64,000 bases of DNA from Bdellovibrionales bacterium (GTDB lineage: Bacteria; Bdellovibrionota; Bdellovibrionia; Bdellovibrionales; CAYMLA01), in assembly GCA_965217115.1 (NCBI GenBank), contig OZ244239.1, forward strand, positions 864,001-928,000. The letters run 5' to 3'. The notes under the pieces are model-generated. The model had not been told where the DNA came from, searched no databases, and saw only the letters and a program-made list of their open reading frames with translations. A program made the position numbers and the translations under genes. Shown one piece after another: positions 40,223 through 50,883 of this stretch. Position 1 is the stretch's first letter. The number at the start of each line of letters is the position of its first letter.

Positions 40223-42946
40223 ATGGGAAATCTAAATCGAGACGTGCTAGAATCTATCGTGAAACGAGTGCATTACCTAATGATACAAATGATTCATATT
40301 GCCAACCACCGTAAAGAAAAAGTCAAAGGGGACCCTAAAGTAGGAGGACACCCTGCCGCTTGCGCATCTGCCCTACACATTATGGGAGCTATTCACCTTA
40401 TTGCAAAATCAGGGTTTGATCACGTCGTTAACAAGCCCCACGCTTCTCCTGTAGATCATTCCTATAATTATTTGCTTCGTCAGTTTTTCCATGAAGATGG
40501 CACTGCTTTTTCAGACGAAGAAGCTAACAGAGTCATGCACTGCTTGCGTGCCTTTCCCCAAGAAAGCCAATCTCAAGCCCAACCCGTTTTTCAATCCTAT
40601 CACTCGGCCTACGACCCTGATTACCATGGATTCTTACCATCCGGGACTGTCGGCATTCCTCCCGTCAATGCTGGTTACTTAGCTCTTGCCTACCGCTATG
40701 CTGAAAAACATGGATACAAGGTTCCTGACGCTCATTTTTGGTGTCTTATGGGTGACTCTGAGTTCCGCGAGGGCTCTTTATTTGAAGCCATTCCTGAATT
40801 TGCAGAACGACAATTGGGTAACCTCACTTGGATTTTAGATTACAATCGTCAAAGTCTCGACGGGCATCGTATGAATAATAAAAATATCATGGATGGCACT
40901 GACGATATACGTATAGAGAGAACCATGGAAGCCAACGGCTGGAATGTTATTCAAATTCGTCATGGCGCTCTCCGTCAAAGTCTATTTAAAAAGAAAGGAG
41001 GAGAGACGTTTCAAAAATTGATTGAAGACACTCTCGAAGATTATGAATTACAAGCCATCCTTATGGTCAAAGATATAAAATCCTTAAAAAAAGGTCTCAT
41101 TCACTCACATCCTGATCTTAAGGACTTTCTTAAGAATGTGAGCGATAGAGAACTCTATGAGGGGTTTCGTGATTTCGGAGGGCATAACATTATCACTATT
41201 GCCGACGCCCTTGAAGAAAGTAAAAAAGATCCTTTAAAACCAACCATGATTATCTGTCATACCTTAAAAGGTTGGCAGATGGATGCTGCGGCTATGCCTG
41301 GAAACCACTCAAGCCTCCCCACTGCCAAAGAAGTGGACAAACTAAGGGAAGCCCAGGGGATTTCACAGGAACAACTGTTCTCTCATTTTGCAGATTTCAG
41401 TAAAGAAGATAAATTTCTTCGCCAACGTGGGACTTCTATTCTCAAAGAAGTTCAAAATGAGAAAAAACTCAAAGAAAGTAATATCTTATTTTTTAGAGAA
41501 ATAATGGAAAATTTCGGAAAGCTCCCTGACTCTCTTGATATTAATCTTAAGATGGCCAGTTACCCTCACACCCAATGGATGCTCGGACAACTCACTGCTA
41601 AACTCACTCGCATTGCCAACACCCCTCTGGATGAGACAAAACTACAGGAGAAACAAAAACCTCTTAGTGATTTCGAAAAATCATGGAAACTCCCCAGTGA
41701 AGTTCTTGTCTCCATGGCTCCAGATGTGGGCACCAGTACCAACCTCAACCCAGCAATGAACGGAAAAATATTTGGCGCTGAAATTTCCACCGACCATGAA
41801 GCTGAGATGAATGTAAAAGATAGAAATACACCTGATTTGGTTCAACACGAAAATAACTCCAGCCGTTACATTCGCTTTGAAATTGCTGAAGCCAACACCA
41901 TGTCCTGTGTCGGTTCTTTCGGGAAGATACGCGATATTCTTGGCATTCCTCTACTACCATTAATGACTGTTTACGATTTTTTTATTAAAAGAGCCTTAGA
42001 TCAATACTTTTACAATATGTATTGGAGATCTAGCTTTATCCTTGTTGGAACTCCATCAGGTGTCACCCTCTCCTCCGAAGGAGCACAACATGGTTGGAAA
42101 TCAGATATTCAAATTCCCAATCAAATCACATGGGAACCTGCCTTTTGTATCGAGCTTGATTGGATCCTCTGTGATGCAATTAAGCGGCACATGACCTTTA
42201 ACAACGAAGGACGTAATGGTGTCGTCATACGTGGGGTCACTCGGGGGATTGAACAAAAAAATCTCATAAAATATCTACGTCAACAAACCCGTTTCAAAAA
42301 TAATTGGGATGGAAGAGAAATCACTCACCATGATTTTCCCATGGACAACAGCACTGATGAATCCTCCCTCCCTTGCATTGACGACCTCTCTATCATGGAA
42401 CAATTAAGACAAGATGTCCTTGCTGGTGCCTATTACCTGATAGACTATCGCCACTACAGTAGCTATGACCCTGGAGACAATGTCATTAATATCTTTGTCA
42501 TGGGTTCTATGGTCACTGAAGGAGTTAAAGCCTCTGAATCTCTCTTGCAAAAAGGAATTTACGCCAATATTATCGTTGTTACTAGTTCGGACCTTCTCGT
42601 TGGCAACCTTGGCCACGACAATGATTACTCCCACCTTAAACACGGATTAAATATCAATGGGAATCTCCACCTAAACTCCGACAATGCCACGTCATCTGAA
42701 GAATTCCAAACAATGGCTGGACGGCGGGTCCCCGTCGTCAGCGTTCATGACGGTGAGCCTGGACTACTCGATAATATCGGTTCCATCTTAGGTGTTAAAC
42801 AACAAACTCTGGCTGTGCGCAAACACTCCCGCTGCGGACGACCTGATGATATCTATCAATACCACAGTATTAATCATCAAGCCATTGTTGAGGCTGTTGA
42901 AAAGGTTCTGTCTGAAACAGCGTTAGAAATGGTCTTGGCAAAATGA
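40223..42946 (+). CDS. aceE: Homodimeric AceE-type pyruvate dehydrogenase E1
   Basis: KVGGHPA, HASP, GDSEFREG..DYNRQSLD TPP motif, EGAQH. Confidence 0.8.
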   Translation: MGNLNRDVLESIVKRVHYLMIQMIHIANHRKEKVKGDPKVGGHPAACASALHIMGAIHLIAKSGFDHVVNKPHASPVDHSYNYLLRQFFHEDGTAFSDEEANRVMHCLRAFPQESQSQAQPVFQSYHSAYDPDYHGFLPSGTVGIPPVNAGYLALAYRYAEKHGYKVPDAHFWCLMGDSEFREGSLFEAIPEFAERQLGNLTWILDYNRQSLDGHRMNNKNIMDGTDDIRIERTMEANGWNVIQIRHGALRQSLFKKKGGETFQKLIEDTLEDYELQAILMVKDIKSLKKGLIHSHPDLKDFLKNVSDRELYEGFRDFGGHNIITIADALEESKKDPLKPTMIICHTLKGWQMDAAAMPGNHSSLPTAKEVDKLREAQGISQEQLFSHFADFSKEDKFLRQRGTSILKEVQNEKKLKESNILFFREIMENFGKLPDSLDINLKMASYPHTQWMLGQLTAKLTRIANTPLDETKLQEKQKPLSDFEKSWKLPSEVLVSMAPDVGTSTNLNPAMNGKIFGAEISTDHEAEMNVKDRNTPDLVQHENNSSRYIRFEIAEANTMSCVGSFGKIRDILGIPLLPLMTVYDFFIKRALDQYFYNMYWRSSFILVGTPSGVTLSSEGAQHGWKSDIQIPNQITWEPAFCIELDWILCDAIKRHMTFNNEGRNGVVIRGVTRGIEQKNLIKYLRQQTRFKNNWDGREITHHDFPMDNSTDESSLPCIDDLSIMEQLRQDVLAGAYYLIDYRHYSSYDPGDNVINIFVMGSMVTEGVKASESLLQKGIYANIIVVTSSDLLVGNLGHDNDYSHLKHGLNINGNLHLNSDNATSSEEFQTMAGRRVPVVSVHDGEPGLLDNIGSILGVKQQTLAVRKHSRCGRPDDIYQYHSINHQAIVEAVEKVLSETALEMVLAK

Positions 42947-42998
42947 GCTATTTTTTTTAGTAGACACTTAAAAAATGACTTAGCTTATCCAAATTAGA

Positions 42999-43931
42999 TC
43001 AACTACTTACTTGATTTCGACCATTAGACTTAGACCTATACAAAGCTTCATCCGCCTTTTTAAATAATTCATCCCACGATAGAATCTCAGATGTTAAAGA
43101 ACACAGCCCTAAAGATATTTTAATGGCCATCGTCTTTCCATCAAATGTAAAAACATGGTTCTCAACTTTGGTACGAGCCCTTTCCGCAACTTCAAGAGCA
43201 TCGGTCTTAGAACTCCCTGCTAAGATCAATGTAAATTCCTCACCACCAAATCGCGCAAAGAAATCCCTGCTGCGAATGACACTGTTCTTTATGACCTGAC
43301 TTAGCTCTTTAATGACATAATCACCTGCAGAATGGCCATAGGTGTCGTTAACTTGTTTGAAATGATCAATATCAAAGATAATCACACTCAACTCTTCCTT
43401 TAAAAGCCTCGCCCTTTTAAAAGCCTCGGGACCTTTATAGACTAATGCTCTTTTATTATAAATACCTGTTAAAGAATCCATTTGGGCTTTTTCAAAATTC
43501 TCTTGATTACTCATCGCCTCTAAATTTCCAGGGGCTAAATACTTAAAAATAACATTTCCTGTTTGAATCTGATCATTATCACCTAACTCCACTGGAACCA
43601 TTGGCATCAAAATATTCCCATTAATCAATGTTTTATTCGTTGATCCCAGATCAATGACAGACACTCCCGTATTCGCCACCATTATCTTAGCATGAGCCTT
43701 GCTCACACTCCCTTCATCAATATGGATTTGTGCATTCACAGATCGTCCAATAACCAATTCAGAATCAATCAATTTCCACTGCTGTCCCATATACTTAGAC
43801 GGTCCAACCAACACCACAAAAAAAGGAGGCGTCTTTTCTGCTGCCTCTAATTTTTGATTAAACGTGTCACTGGGAGTAACACTGGTTTTTTCTTCATCAA
43901 CTTCTTTATTCGACATTCTCGACCCCTGCAT
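42999..43931 (-). CDS. FHA-GGDEF diguanylate cyclase (DgcB-like)
   Basis: N-terminal tail EKTSVTPSDTF, FHA, DIDHFK and RFGGEEF. Confidence 0.88.
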   Translation of the reverse strand: MQGSRMSNKEVDEEKTSVTPSDTFNQKLEAAEKTPPFFVVLVGPSKYMGQQWKLIDSELVIGRSVNAQIHIDEGSVSKAHAKIMVANTGVSVIDLGSTNKTLINGNILMPMVPVELGDNDQIQTGNVIFKYLAPGNLEAMSNQENFEKAQMDSLTGIYNKRALVYKGPEAFKRARLLKEELSVIIFDIDHFKQVNDTYGHSAGDYVIKELSQVIKNSVIRSRDFFARFGGEEFTLILAGSSKTDALEVAERARTKVENHVFTFDGKTMAIKISLGLCSLTSEILSWDELFKKADEALYRSKSNGRNQVSS

Positions 43932-44026
43932 GTGTAAAACATCATAGACCTCTTACTCCGCACAAACAATTTAACTCTTATGTTTTATAGTCCTTTAATA
44001 TTTCTTCTACTAGCCATATGACCAGA

Positions 44027-45139
44027 TTAAGAAATATTCACATCTTCTTCTATACGATGGTACCCTCGCCACTCTTTCAAGCGGCCATAAGCCTGGCCTT
44101 CCTCATTATACTCAATCATCACATAAGTCAGTTTTGTTATCACTCCCAAAGAAGAAATGTCTAATGATGTCAATTCTGTCCAAGTTCCTGTATTGAAGTA
44201 CTCCCCCTTAGGCCATTGCCGATATTGATAAACATGGGTGTGCCCAAAAACAACAGTACTCACCCGATCATCTTCTAAAATTTTACGCGCAGCCACACTT
44301 AAATCAGGAAACACCGCACTCTCCAGCAAAACCCTTAGTATTCTTTGAATAGACCACACCTTTCCCGGCTCATTTTTAAATGGTGAACTCAAAAAATACC
44401 AGAGTAATTTCGAAAAAGTTACCAAAGCAAACCATGTTCTCTGGAACAACATCCAACGAATCATTCTATCAAAAGGACGAATTTTATCTATATGAGGGTA
44501 GTGTAGTTTGATGGTCATAACAAAATCGATAAAAAAATGAGAACCAAATGGTAAATTTAGTATTGGCTCTGGTAGATTTTTCTTTAAAAAAAACTTCCGT
44601 GGATCAAAACGATTTGCTGCCTCATGCATATGGCCATGTTCAATATGAACTCCATCAAAAGAATAAACTAAATTCTTATAACGGATTGCACAGCCTAAAA
44701 CTTTATTTAGATAAGCACGCACACCTGGCCACATAACTGCTTGATCATGGTTACCCACAATATATGTAATACTATTGCCTGGAGAAGAGACAAATTTACG
44801 CAAGGCTTCAAATGCCTTAACGTGTCCTGAAACAATGTTTTTTAACTTCTCAATAGAGACACTCTCCGTAATAACAGTCAGATAATGTCCTCTATAGTCT
44901 ACTTGTAAAAAATTAAGAAAATCTCCATTAATAATAAGTTCCAATTCACAATCAACATATTGACCCGTTGTGTAGTAATGGAGGAATTCTACAAACTTCT
45001 CTTCAAAATAAAATTCTTCTAACTGATTCACACTGCCGTTTTTAAGAACTCGCCCAGTTCCTAAGTGCAAATCACTAATAACTAATTTTATTTTATTTTT
45101 CCCTTGAGTTTCGTTTTTCTCTGCGAATTGTTCTACCAT
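44027..45139 (-). CDS. Calcineurin-like metallophosphoesterase
   Basis: SDLH, NGDF, GNHD, EHGH, FGHTH, NTGTW. Confidence 0.85.
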   Translation of the reverse strand: MVEQFAEKNETQGKNKIKLVISDLHLGTGRVLKNGSVNQLEEFYFEEKFVEFLHYYTTGQYVDCELELIINGDFLNFLQVDYRGHYLTVITESVSIEKLKNIVSGHVKAFEALRKFVSSPGNSITYIVGNHDQAVMWPGVRAYLNKVLGCAIRYKNLVYSFDGVHIEHGHMHEAANRFDPRKFFLKKNLPEPILNLPFGSHFFIDFVMTIKLHYPHIDKIRPFDRMIRWMLFQRTWFALVTFSKLLWYFLSSPFKNEPGKVWSIQRILRVLLESAVFPDLSVAARKILEDDRVSTVVFGHTHVYQYRQWPKGEYFNTGTWTELTSLDISSLGVITKLTYVMIEYNEEGQAYGRLKEWRGYHRIEEDVNIS

Positions 45140-45160
45140 GAAATTGTTTCCCAGAGTTAA

Positions 45161-46558
45161 TTATTTTGCAACTTTTTTAAATTCTAAAACTGCCCCTTCA
45201 TCAACTTCAAGATTTGTTAAAGCAAGTCTTAAGGCCTTCACCGTTCGGCGAAATTGTTCTTGATTTTTATCTATTTGCTTGTTTAATTCTTGGACCTTAT
45301 TTCTGTAGTTATTTGATTCGCCCAAAAGTTGATCCATTTTTCTTTTGAGTCCCATTAATGTTTCATCTTTTTGTCTAACAACAGCGTGATTCTCAAGTTT
45401 CATCAGTTCAATACGATTTTCAAGTTCCCTTTCACGCACTCTTATTTTCTTTAGGTCAGACGACAATCGACATTCTAGCTCTTCCACTTTGCTTTTCTTC
45501 TCTTCAATTTCTCTTGTCTTATGGTTCACTGCCTCTTTGAGAATTCCCATTTCAGCTGAAAATATTTCTTCTTGATTTCCTAAATACTGTTTTAATTTTT
45601 CTAACTCCCCCATTTTCTCATCGGAGTTTTTCCTAAAAGTTTCACCTGCTGCTGCAAGGTCTTCATTTTCTATGATTAATCTATCAGCTTCCTTCTCTAA
45701 CTCTATAATTTTTTGCTGAGCTGCTTTTAGATTTTCAGCTTGCACTAACCCGACTTCACCAGAAAACTTCTCTGTCTCCGAAGTACTCAAAGAATCTATA
45801 CCGTAGCTCACTTGTACCTGATCGTCGGAAGCTCCTCCTCCCACCGATTGCACAGCCACTTGAGTGCTCTCATCAGAATTTTCCTCTGTTTTTATTTTTT
45901 CAAAAGCAACAGGCTCTAACGTTGAAGACAATGGTGTTGCCTTTGTCTCATCTTCTTCTTCAACATCTAGGGAGTATAAATTCTCTTCCTGCTTATTTTG
46001 TAACGAAAAACCATCATCCTGTTCTACTTTTTCACAAATATGAACCTCTGTAGCCTCACTATCTACAGCCTCATTACCTACAACCTCATTACCTACAGCC
46101 TCATTATCTACAACCTCTTTGTCAGTGTGGTTTTCTCTAATTTGCTGGAACATGGTAGGTTCATCATTCTCAGCACCTTCAACAGCAGAAGCACTCTCTC
46201 CGAGATCAAGAACCCCAAACGGGTCTACATCAAGTGAATTTTCATTCATTTGGTTCTCATCACTATTTCCAGCACCTTCGACAGCAGAAGCATTCTCTCC
46301 GACATCAAGAACCCCAAACGGGTCTACATCAAGTGAATTTTCATTCGTTTGGTTCTCATCACTATTTCCAGCACCTTCGACAGCAGAAGCATTCTCTCCG
46401 ACATCAAGAACCCCAAACGGGTCTACATCAAGTGAATTTTCATTCATTTGGTTCTCATCACTATTTCCAGCACCTTCCGGCGAAATATCGTCCAAAAGAG
46501 ATTCCATGATTTCATCAGCTAAAAGCGATGTCTGTTCTAAATTATCCGTCTTTTTCAT
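45161..46558 (-). CDS. Acidic, repeat-containing coiled-coil protein
   Basis: Three 33-aa repeats in an acidic N-terminus, long heptad C-terminus. Confidence 0.75.
   Translation of the reverse strand: MKKTDNLEQTSLLADEIMESLLDDISPEGAGNSDENQMNENSLDVDPFGVLDVGENASAVEGAGNSDENQTNENSLDVDPFGVLDVGENASAVEGAGNSDENQMNENSLDVDPFGVLDLGESASAVEGAENDEPTMFQQIRENHTDKEVVDNEAVGNEVVGNEAVDSEATEVHICEKVEQDDGFSLQNKQEENLYSLDVEEEDETKATPLSSTLEPVAFEKIKTEENSDESTQVAVQSVGGGASDDQVQVSYGIDSLSTSETEKFSGEVGLVQAENLKAAQQKIIELEKEADRLIIENEDLAAAGETFRKNSDEKMGELEKLKQYLGNQEEIFSAEMGILKEAVNHKTREIEEKKSKVEELECRLSSDLKKIRVRERELENRIELMKLENHAVVRQKDETLMGLKRKMDQLLGESNNYRNKVQELNKQIDKNQEQFRRTVKALRLALTNLEVDEGAVLEFKKVAK
46171..46477. repeat. Intragenic 99-bp tandem repeat (3 copies plus 10 bp)
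   Basis: Units start at 46171, 46270, 46369 and 46468. Confidence 0.92.
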
Positions 46559-46568
46559 ACCTTAACAC

Positions 46569-46596
46569 TTATCGGGAATATTCTTAGAAAAATTAA
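46569..46596 (-). promoter_or_regulatory. Candidate sigma28 (FliA)-type promoter
   Basis: TTAAT-N15-CCCGATAA, 10 nt upstream of the ATG at 46558. Confidence 0.4.
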
Positions 46597-46932
46597 CCTT
46601 CATAGGACTAAACAGAAATGGGCTTTTAGCTGTCTCAAATCAAGACACTCAATGGGATTTTGACAAAAAAGGACCTTTTCCTAGCTTTTTGAGCTTGTCT
46701 GTAAGAGCCAAAGGACTTTTGAGAATACAAAAAAGCCCCTCATTTTCCGATGGCCTTCTAACTGGTTTTTTTGTTGGTTGGCCAAACCTGTCAGAGAGAA
46801 GACAATGTATCTTCCTGTTATCGAGAGTTGATATAAGAGATAACTTAGTTTTAATAAAATTGACCAGGTTTATATTGCAAACATTGAAGATTAACAGTTC
46901 TTAATAATGATATGTAAGCAGGAGACAGATCA

Positions 46933-47304
46933 ATGATTCGAGGAATTCACGATTTTTACTATAACGTAAAAAATATGGAAAAAGCGGTTCAATTCTATAC
47001 TGAGACATTAAATATGAAAGTCACTCATGGGTCAGAACACTGGACAAGTCTTGACTGTGAAGGTGTCATGATAGGTCTACACTGGAGTGGGGGCAATGAT
47101 ATCCCATCTTTTCCAAGAGATTCTCATGGTGCTCATTGTGGTGGGACTTTGACTTTAGTTAGCGATAATATACCTGAAGATCGAAAAATTTTAGAAGCAG
47201 CAGGTTCTAAAATTTTAGGTGAAATGGATGAACTCTGGGGACATATGCTGATTTTTGAAGATATAGATGGCAATGTTCTTAAACTTCAAAACGCGAAGTA
47301 TTGA
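46933..47304 (+). CDS. VOC/glyoxalase-family protein
   Basis: VKNMEKAVQFYTETL, WGHMLIFEDIDGN. Confidence 0.85.
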   Translation: MIRGIHDFYYNVKNMEKAVQFYTETLNMKVTHGSEHWTSLDCEGVMIGLHWSGGNDIPSFPRDSHGAHCGGTLTLVSDNIPEDRKILEAAGSKILGEMDELWGHMLIFEDIDGNVLKLQNAKY

Positions 47305-47441
47305 GGAGCATATTTGAGCCAATTTAATTTACAGACTAATGGGGGAACCGCCCCCCTAACTCAAGTGAATGAGCCTGTTTTTTAAACCTAACCTCTTTGA
47401 CTAAGCCCTTAGTTTTTAATAAAAGGACACGCATCAATTTA

Positions 47442-48200
47442 TTAAAAATGATAAATTAGATTAATAGCATTTTTCCTATGTTTTACCTTTGCACCATTTC
47501 TGTTAAGGCTTCTAAAAGCATCTGCTTGAAATTCATGTCTAGAATAAACAAACTCTAAACTAAAACCATTATGAAAATTTAAGCCTGCTTTTAGTGCCCT
47601 GTAGCTTCCATCAACATCTGTCTCTCCTTTTGTTCCATATTCTGGATCACCTGGAACTCCGCTGTAGTAACTTTTCGTCCACTTACCCTTTGTTTTTGCA
47701 TAACCAGCTCCAACATAAGGGCTCACACCTCTTACTGCAGTAAATATATATAATCCACCAAAATAAATATCGATTGTCTCTACCTCAGATGAAGGTGAAT
47801 CAACAACGATATCTACTGGGCCGGTCGCAGTGTTTTGTGTAAACGCAGAACCGTCATCATGTTTCAAAGCAATCTCTTGTCTTGGAGACTTTATTCTTGT
47901 TTTATAAATTCCAACTTCATATCCCCAACCTGTTTCTGGAATATATCTTAGATTATAACCAAAAGACGTACTTCTCTCAATGAGTGCATCTAATATATTT
48001 GCATTTTCCTCTGTTATATCCTCTGGATTAGTGCCTATAAAGTGTCCATAATCCAAATGCTTACCTGTTATATCACTCGTTGAATCTCCCACACTGCTGC
48101 TAACAAGAAACCCATGTTTAAAGATTTCTTCAGCTTTTGCTTCCTGATTGTGTGTCACTGCTAAGATCATCGTCGCGAGAATAATTATATATGTGTGCAT
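47442..48200 (-). CDS. Outer-membrane beta-barrel protein
   Basis: Signal peptide, PYVGAGY, terminal YHF. Confidence 0.7.
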   Translation of the reverse strand: MHTYIIILATMILAVTHNQEAKAEEIFKHGFLVSSSVGDSTSDITGKHLDYGHFIGTNPEDITEENANILDALIERSTSFGYNLRYIPETGWGYEVGIYKTRIKSPRQEIALKHDDGSAFTQNTATGPVDIVVDSPSSEVETIDIYFGGLYIFTAVRGVSPYVGAGYAKTKGKWTKSYYSGVPGDPEYGTKGETDVDGSYRALKAGLNFHNGFSLEFVYSRHEFQADAFRSLNRNGAKVKHRKNAINLIYHF

Positions 48201-48412
48201 AACGGCCTCTCCTTCATTGGTCTCGTTCTATCTCTTTAGGAGAAGAAACTCTTAAAGAGCGATCAAACATTATTAGTTTAAACAAACCTGTCTAAGCTAG
48301 CTAAAAGGTTTTCACCCTCTCTTTTAACACAGAGCATCAAAAGATGCCACCTTTTTCCGCTCTTGAGAACTTTTTACAAAAAAGGGTTTTATGACTTATA
48401 CTCGGGGGCTTA

Positions 48413-49483
48413 TCAGATCAAGAGCTCTGGACGTCCTTCATATTTAGACGTCAATTGACCACAGGCTGCATAAATATCTCTACCCATGGTTTTACGTAAA
48501 AGAACATGAACTCCATTGTCCATTAATTCCTCGCGAAAGCGTTCCACCTGCCCATTGCTCGGTCGAACATAATCAGCATCCTCATGCTCATTAAAGGGAA
48601 TTATGTTCACCTTGCAGGGAATTGATTTAGCTATTTCAGCTAAACGTCTAGCGTCAGCAAGAGAGTCTGTCACTCCTTTAAGTAATACATACTCAACAGT
48701 CACCTTGTCCTTTGTGATTCTTGCGTGTTTTCGACAGGCCTCTAACAATTGTTCAATGGAGTGCTTTTTATTGATCGGCATAATCTCAGAACGAACGGCG
48801 TTGGAGCTACCATTGAGTGAAACAGCCAAACGCACTCTGGCTTGAGTGACCAATGGAATTTGCTCCACCAGACCAGAAGTTGATACTGTGATCTTCTTTC
48901 TTGATATATTCATCCCCCAAGGAGAGTGTAAAACTTCAATCGCTTTAAATACAGCTTCGGGATTATCAAGTGGCTCCCCCATTCCCATAAAAACAATATT
49001 CGTAATACGCTGACCCTCTTCTATAAGATTAGAAGCCCCAACAAACTGCCCGACAATTTCTCTGGCACTTAACCGTTTCTTTAGTTTTCTTTTGCCCGTA
49101 AAACAAAACTTACAACCAAGATTACAACCAACCTCCGATGACACACACAAAGTCAAACGCCCATCAGAAGGAATTAAAACAGCCTCGACCGTCATTGCTA
49201 CTTGACGATCATCAATCACTTCGCTGACATCAAAAAGAAACTTCTGTGTCCCATCCACACTGATTTTATGTTCCACAACTTTAGGCAAAGAAAAATTTAG
49301 CAACTGAGGCAACTCTTCGCGAAATTTTTTTGAAAGGTTCGTCATTTGCTCAACGTCAGTCACTCCTTTTTCATAAACCCATTTAAAAATCTGCTGAGCA
49401 CGAAACTTGGCCTTACCCAAAATCTCCAATCGACTTTGTAAATCATCCAAACTCAAATCATAAAAATAACTCTTTTCCTTCAA
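48413..49483 (-). CDS. rlmN: 23S rRNA/tRNA m2A methyltransferase
   Basis: CNLGCKFC, FMGMGEP, DIYAACGQL. Confidence 0.95.
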   Translation of the reverse strand: MKEKSYFYDLSLDDLQSRLEILGKAKFRAQQIFKWVYEKGVTDVEQMTNLSKKFREELPQLLNFSLPKVVEHKISVDGTQKFLFDVSEVIDDRQVAMTVEAVLIPSDGRLTLCVSSEVGCNLGCKFCFTGKRKLKKRLSAREIVGQFVGASNLIEEGQRITNIVFMGMGEPLDNPEAVFKAIEVLHSPWGMNISRKKITVSTSGLVEQIPLVTQARVRLAVSLNGSSNAVRSEIMPINKKHSIEQLLEACRKHARITKDKVTVEYVLLKGVTDSLADARRLAEIAKSIPCKVNIIPFNEHEDADYVRPSNGQVERFREELMDNGVHVLLRKTMGRDIYAACGQLTSKYEGRPELLI

Positions 49484-49589
49484 TCAGCCCTCCACCAAAG
49501 CCCTCTCCTTCTACCACAAACACCAAAATATCTCACCAAAACCCCCTTTAATAATCCATTCTAATCATTTTTTAAGAATTTATTTCACA

Positions 49590-49775
49590 CCCCCCTCCGT
49601 TATTCCCTCCGTTATTCCCCCCGTTGTTCCCAGTCCCCGCAAGTTTTCAAATAAATGGTTCAAAGGGTCTTTCATCTTCAAGCGAGTTCGGATTGGTGCG
49701 CCGCTCGCAAAGCGAGCCGCGCTGCCGAACGAATGTCTGAGCTTGAAGATGGAAGACCCTTTGAACCATTTATTT
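49590..49775 (+). repeat. Hairpin element copy C1 (35-bp arms) with C-rich leader
   Basis: Arms 49649-49683 and 49741-49775, core 49684-49740. Confidence 0.9.
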
Positions 49776-49839
49776 CAGACCCAGCTCCCCAAAACCCATG
49801 TTATAGAGAACCATCTTATACAATTCTACTGGGAGAAAT

Positions 49840-49914
49840 AAAGCCCTAGGTAAATAATCAGCCTCTAGCCGACAAGGCTAAGATTTGACGACGTACAAAA
49901 TAAATTATTCCATT
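49840..49914 (+). repeat. 75-bp direct repeat J1 (left copy)
   Basis: Matches 51831-51905 with 1 mismatch. Confidence 0.92.
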
Positions 49915-50779
49915 ATTCAAGTGAACGTAGACATTTGGCAACTTTTTTCATTTCTGAGCTTTCTGTAGATGATTTTGACTTAACAATATAAACATCTCTT
50001 TTGATGGGCTTAAAGCCACTTGGGAAATTTTTCTGATATAGCTTATAATCATCTTTAACAATTTGATTGTGAATTTTGGCAATAAAATTTGGAAGATAAA
50101 TAACACATAATCCACTCCTTGAAAGTTCTATTGCACTTTCGAGAGTATCAACTCTATGTTGAATTAAGCGTGGAAACTCATGCTCCGGCCAACCATCAAG
50201 CCCTTTGACACCTGACGGAGCCCCTTTTATTGGTTGTATGGGAGCTACAAAAGGTATTTCCTGAAAATTTAAATTATTAAAAGAACCTTTTGTTCCGTAA
50301 ATTGACATTTGAACTTTTGAAATTTTTAAAAAATCTACCCCAGGAGTTGGGATAGGCTCATATGTTATTCCAAAATCTACTATCTTTTTTGCAACAAATT
50401 CTTCTAATTCTCCCTGTCTGGTTTCATAGAGATCTAATTTATAAGTTTCCAACAATGGCTTCAACTTCTTTAAAAAATACGTGCTAAAGACCTCAAATGT
50501 TGCTATTTTAATATTACTTGATTCAGCTTTTTTATTTATTACACTTAAATCTTCTATTTGATTGATGATGTTCTTAGCTCTCTTATAAATAACTACTGCT
50601 TCATTGGAGGGCACTATACCTCGGCCTTCGGGTAAAAATAGTTCAAAACCCAGTTCTTCTTCTAATACTTTCAGTGACTTAGACAGCGCACCATGGCTCA
50701 TTCCTATTAGATCAGCGGCACTTCTTAACCCACCAGTTTCAACAACCGTACAAAATTGCTTAAGCCTATTGGTCTCCAT
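49913..50779 (-). CDS. LysR-family transcriptional regulator
   Basis: METNRLKQF..GGLRSAADLIGMSHGALSKSLKVLEEELG HTH; true start ATG 50779. Confidence 0.9.
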   Translation of the reverse strand: METNRLKQFCTVVETGGLRSAADLIGMSHGALSKSLKVLEEELGFELFLPEGRGIVPSNEAVVIYKRAKNIINQIEDLSVINKKAESSNIKIATFEVFSTYFLKKLKPLLETYKLDLYETRQGELEEFVAKKIVDFGITYEPIPTPGVDFLKISKVQMSIYGTKGSFNNLNFQEIPFVAPIQPIKGAPSGVKGLDGWPEHEFPRLIQHRVDTLESAIELSRSGLCVIYLPNFIAKIHNQIVKDDYKLYQKNFPSGFKPIKRDVYIVKSKSSTESSEMKKVAKCLRSLE

Positions 50780-50883
50780 ATAGAAACAGATATATAAAAT
50801 AATTCGATATACGGCAACAATAAAAATGAATATATTCCGACCTTCTTGAGAAATCAATAAAGGTCTAAAACCGAGGAGGAGAT

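Noticed and set aside
46631..46647. TGTCTCA-N3-CAAGACA near-palindromic operator
   Set aside because: Only partial similar sites elsewhere (~890, ~29880); too weak to call
49684..49740. Known ribozyme, tRNA or retron/DGR component in the element core
   Set aside because: No hammerhead CUGANGA/GAAA pair or cloverleaf seen, and no RT gene in the window. An Rfam search is still needed to exclude other families.
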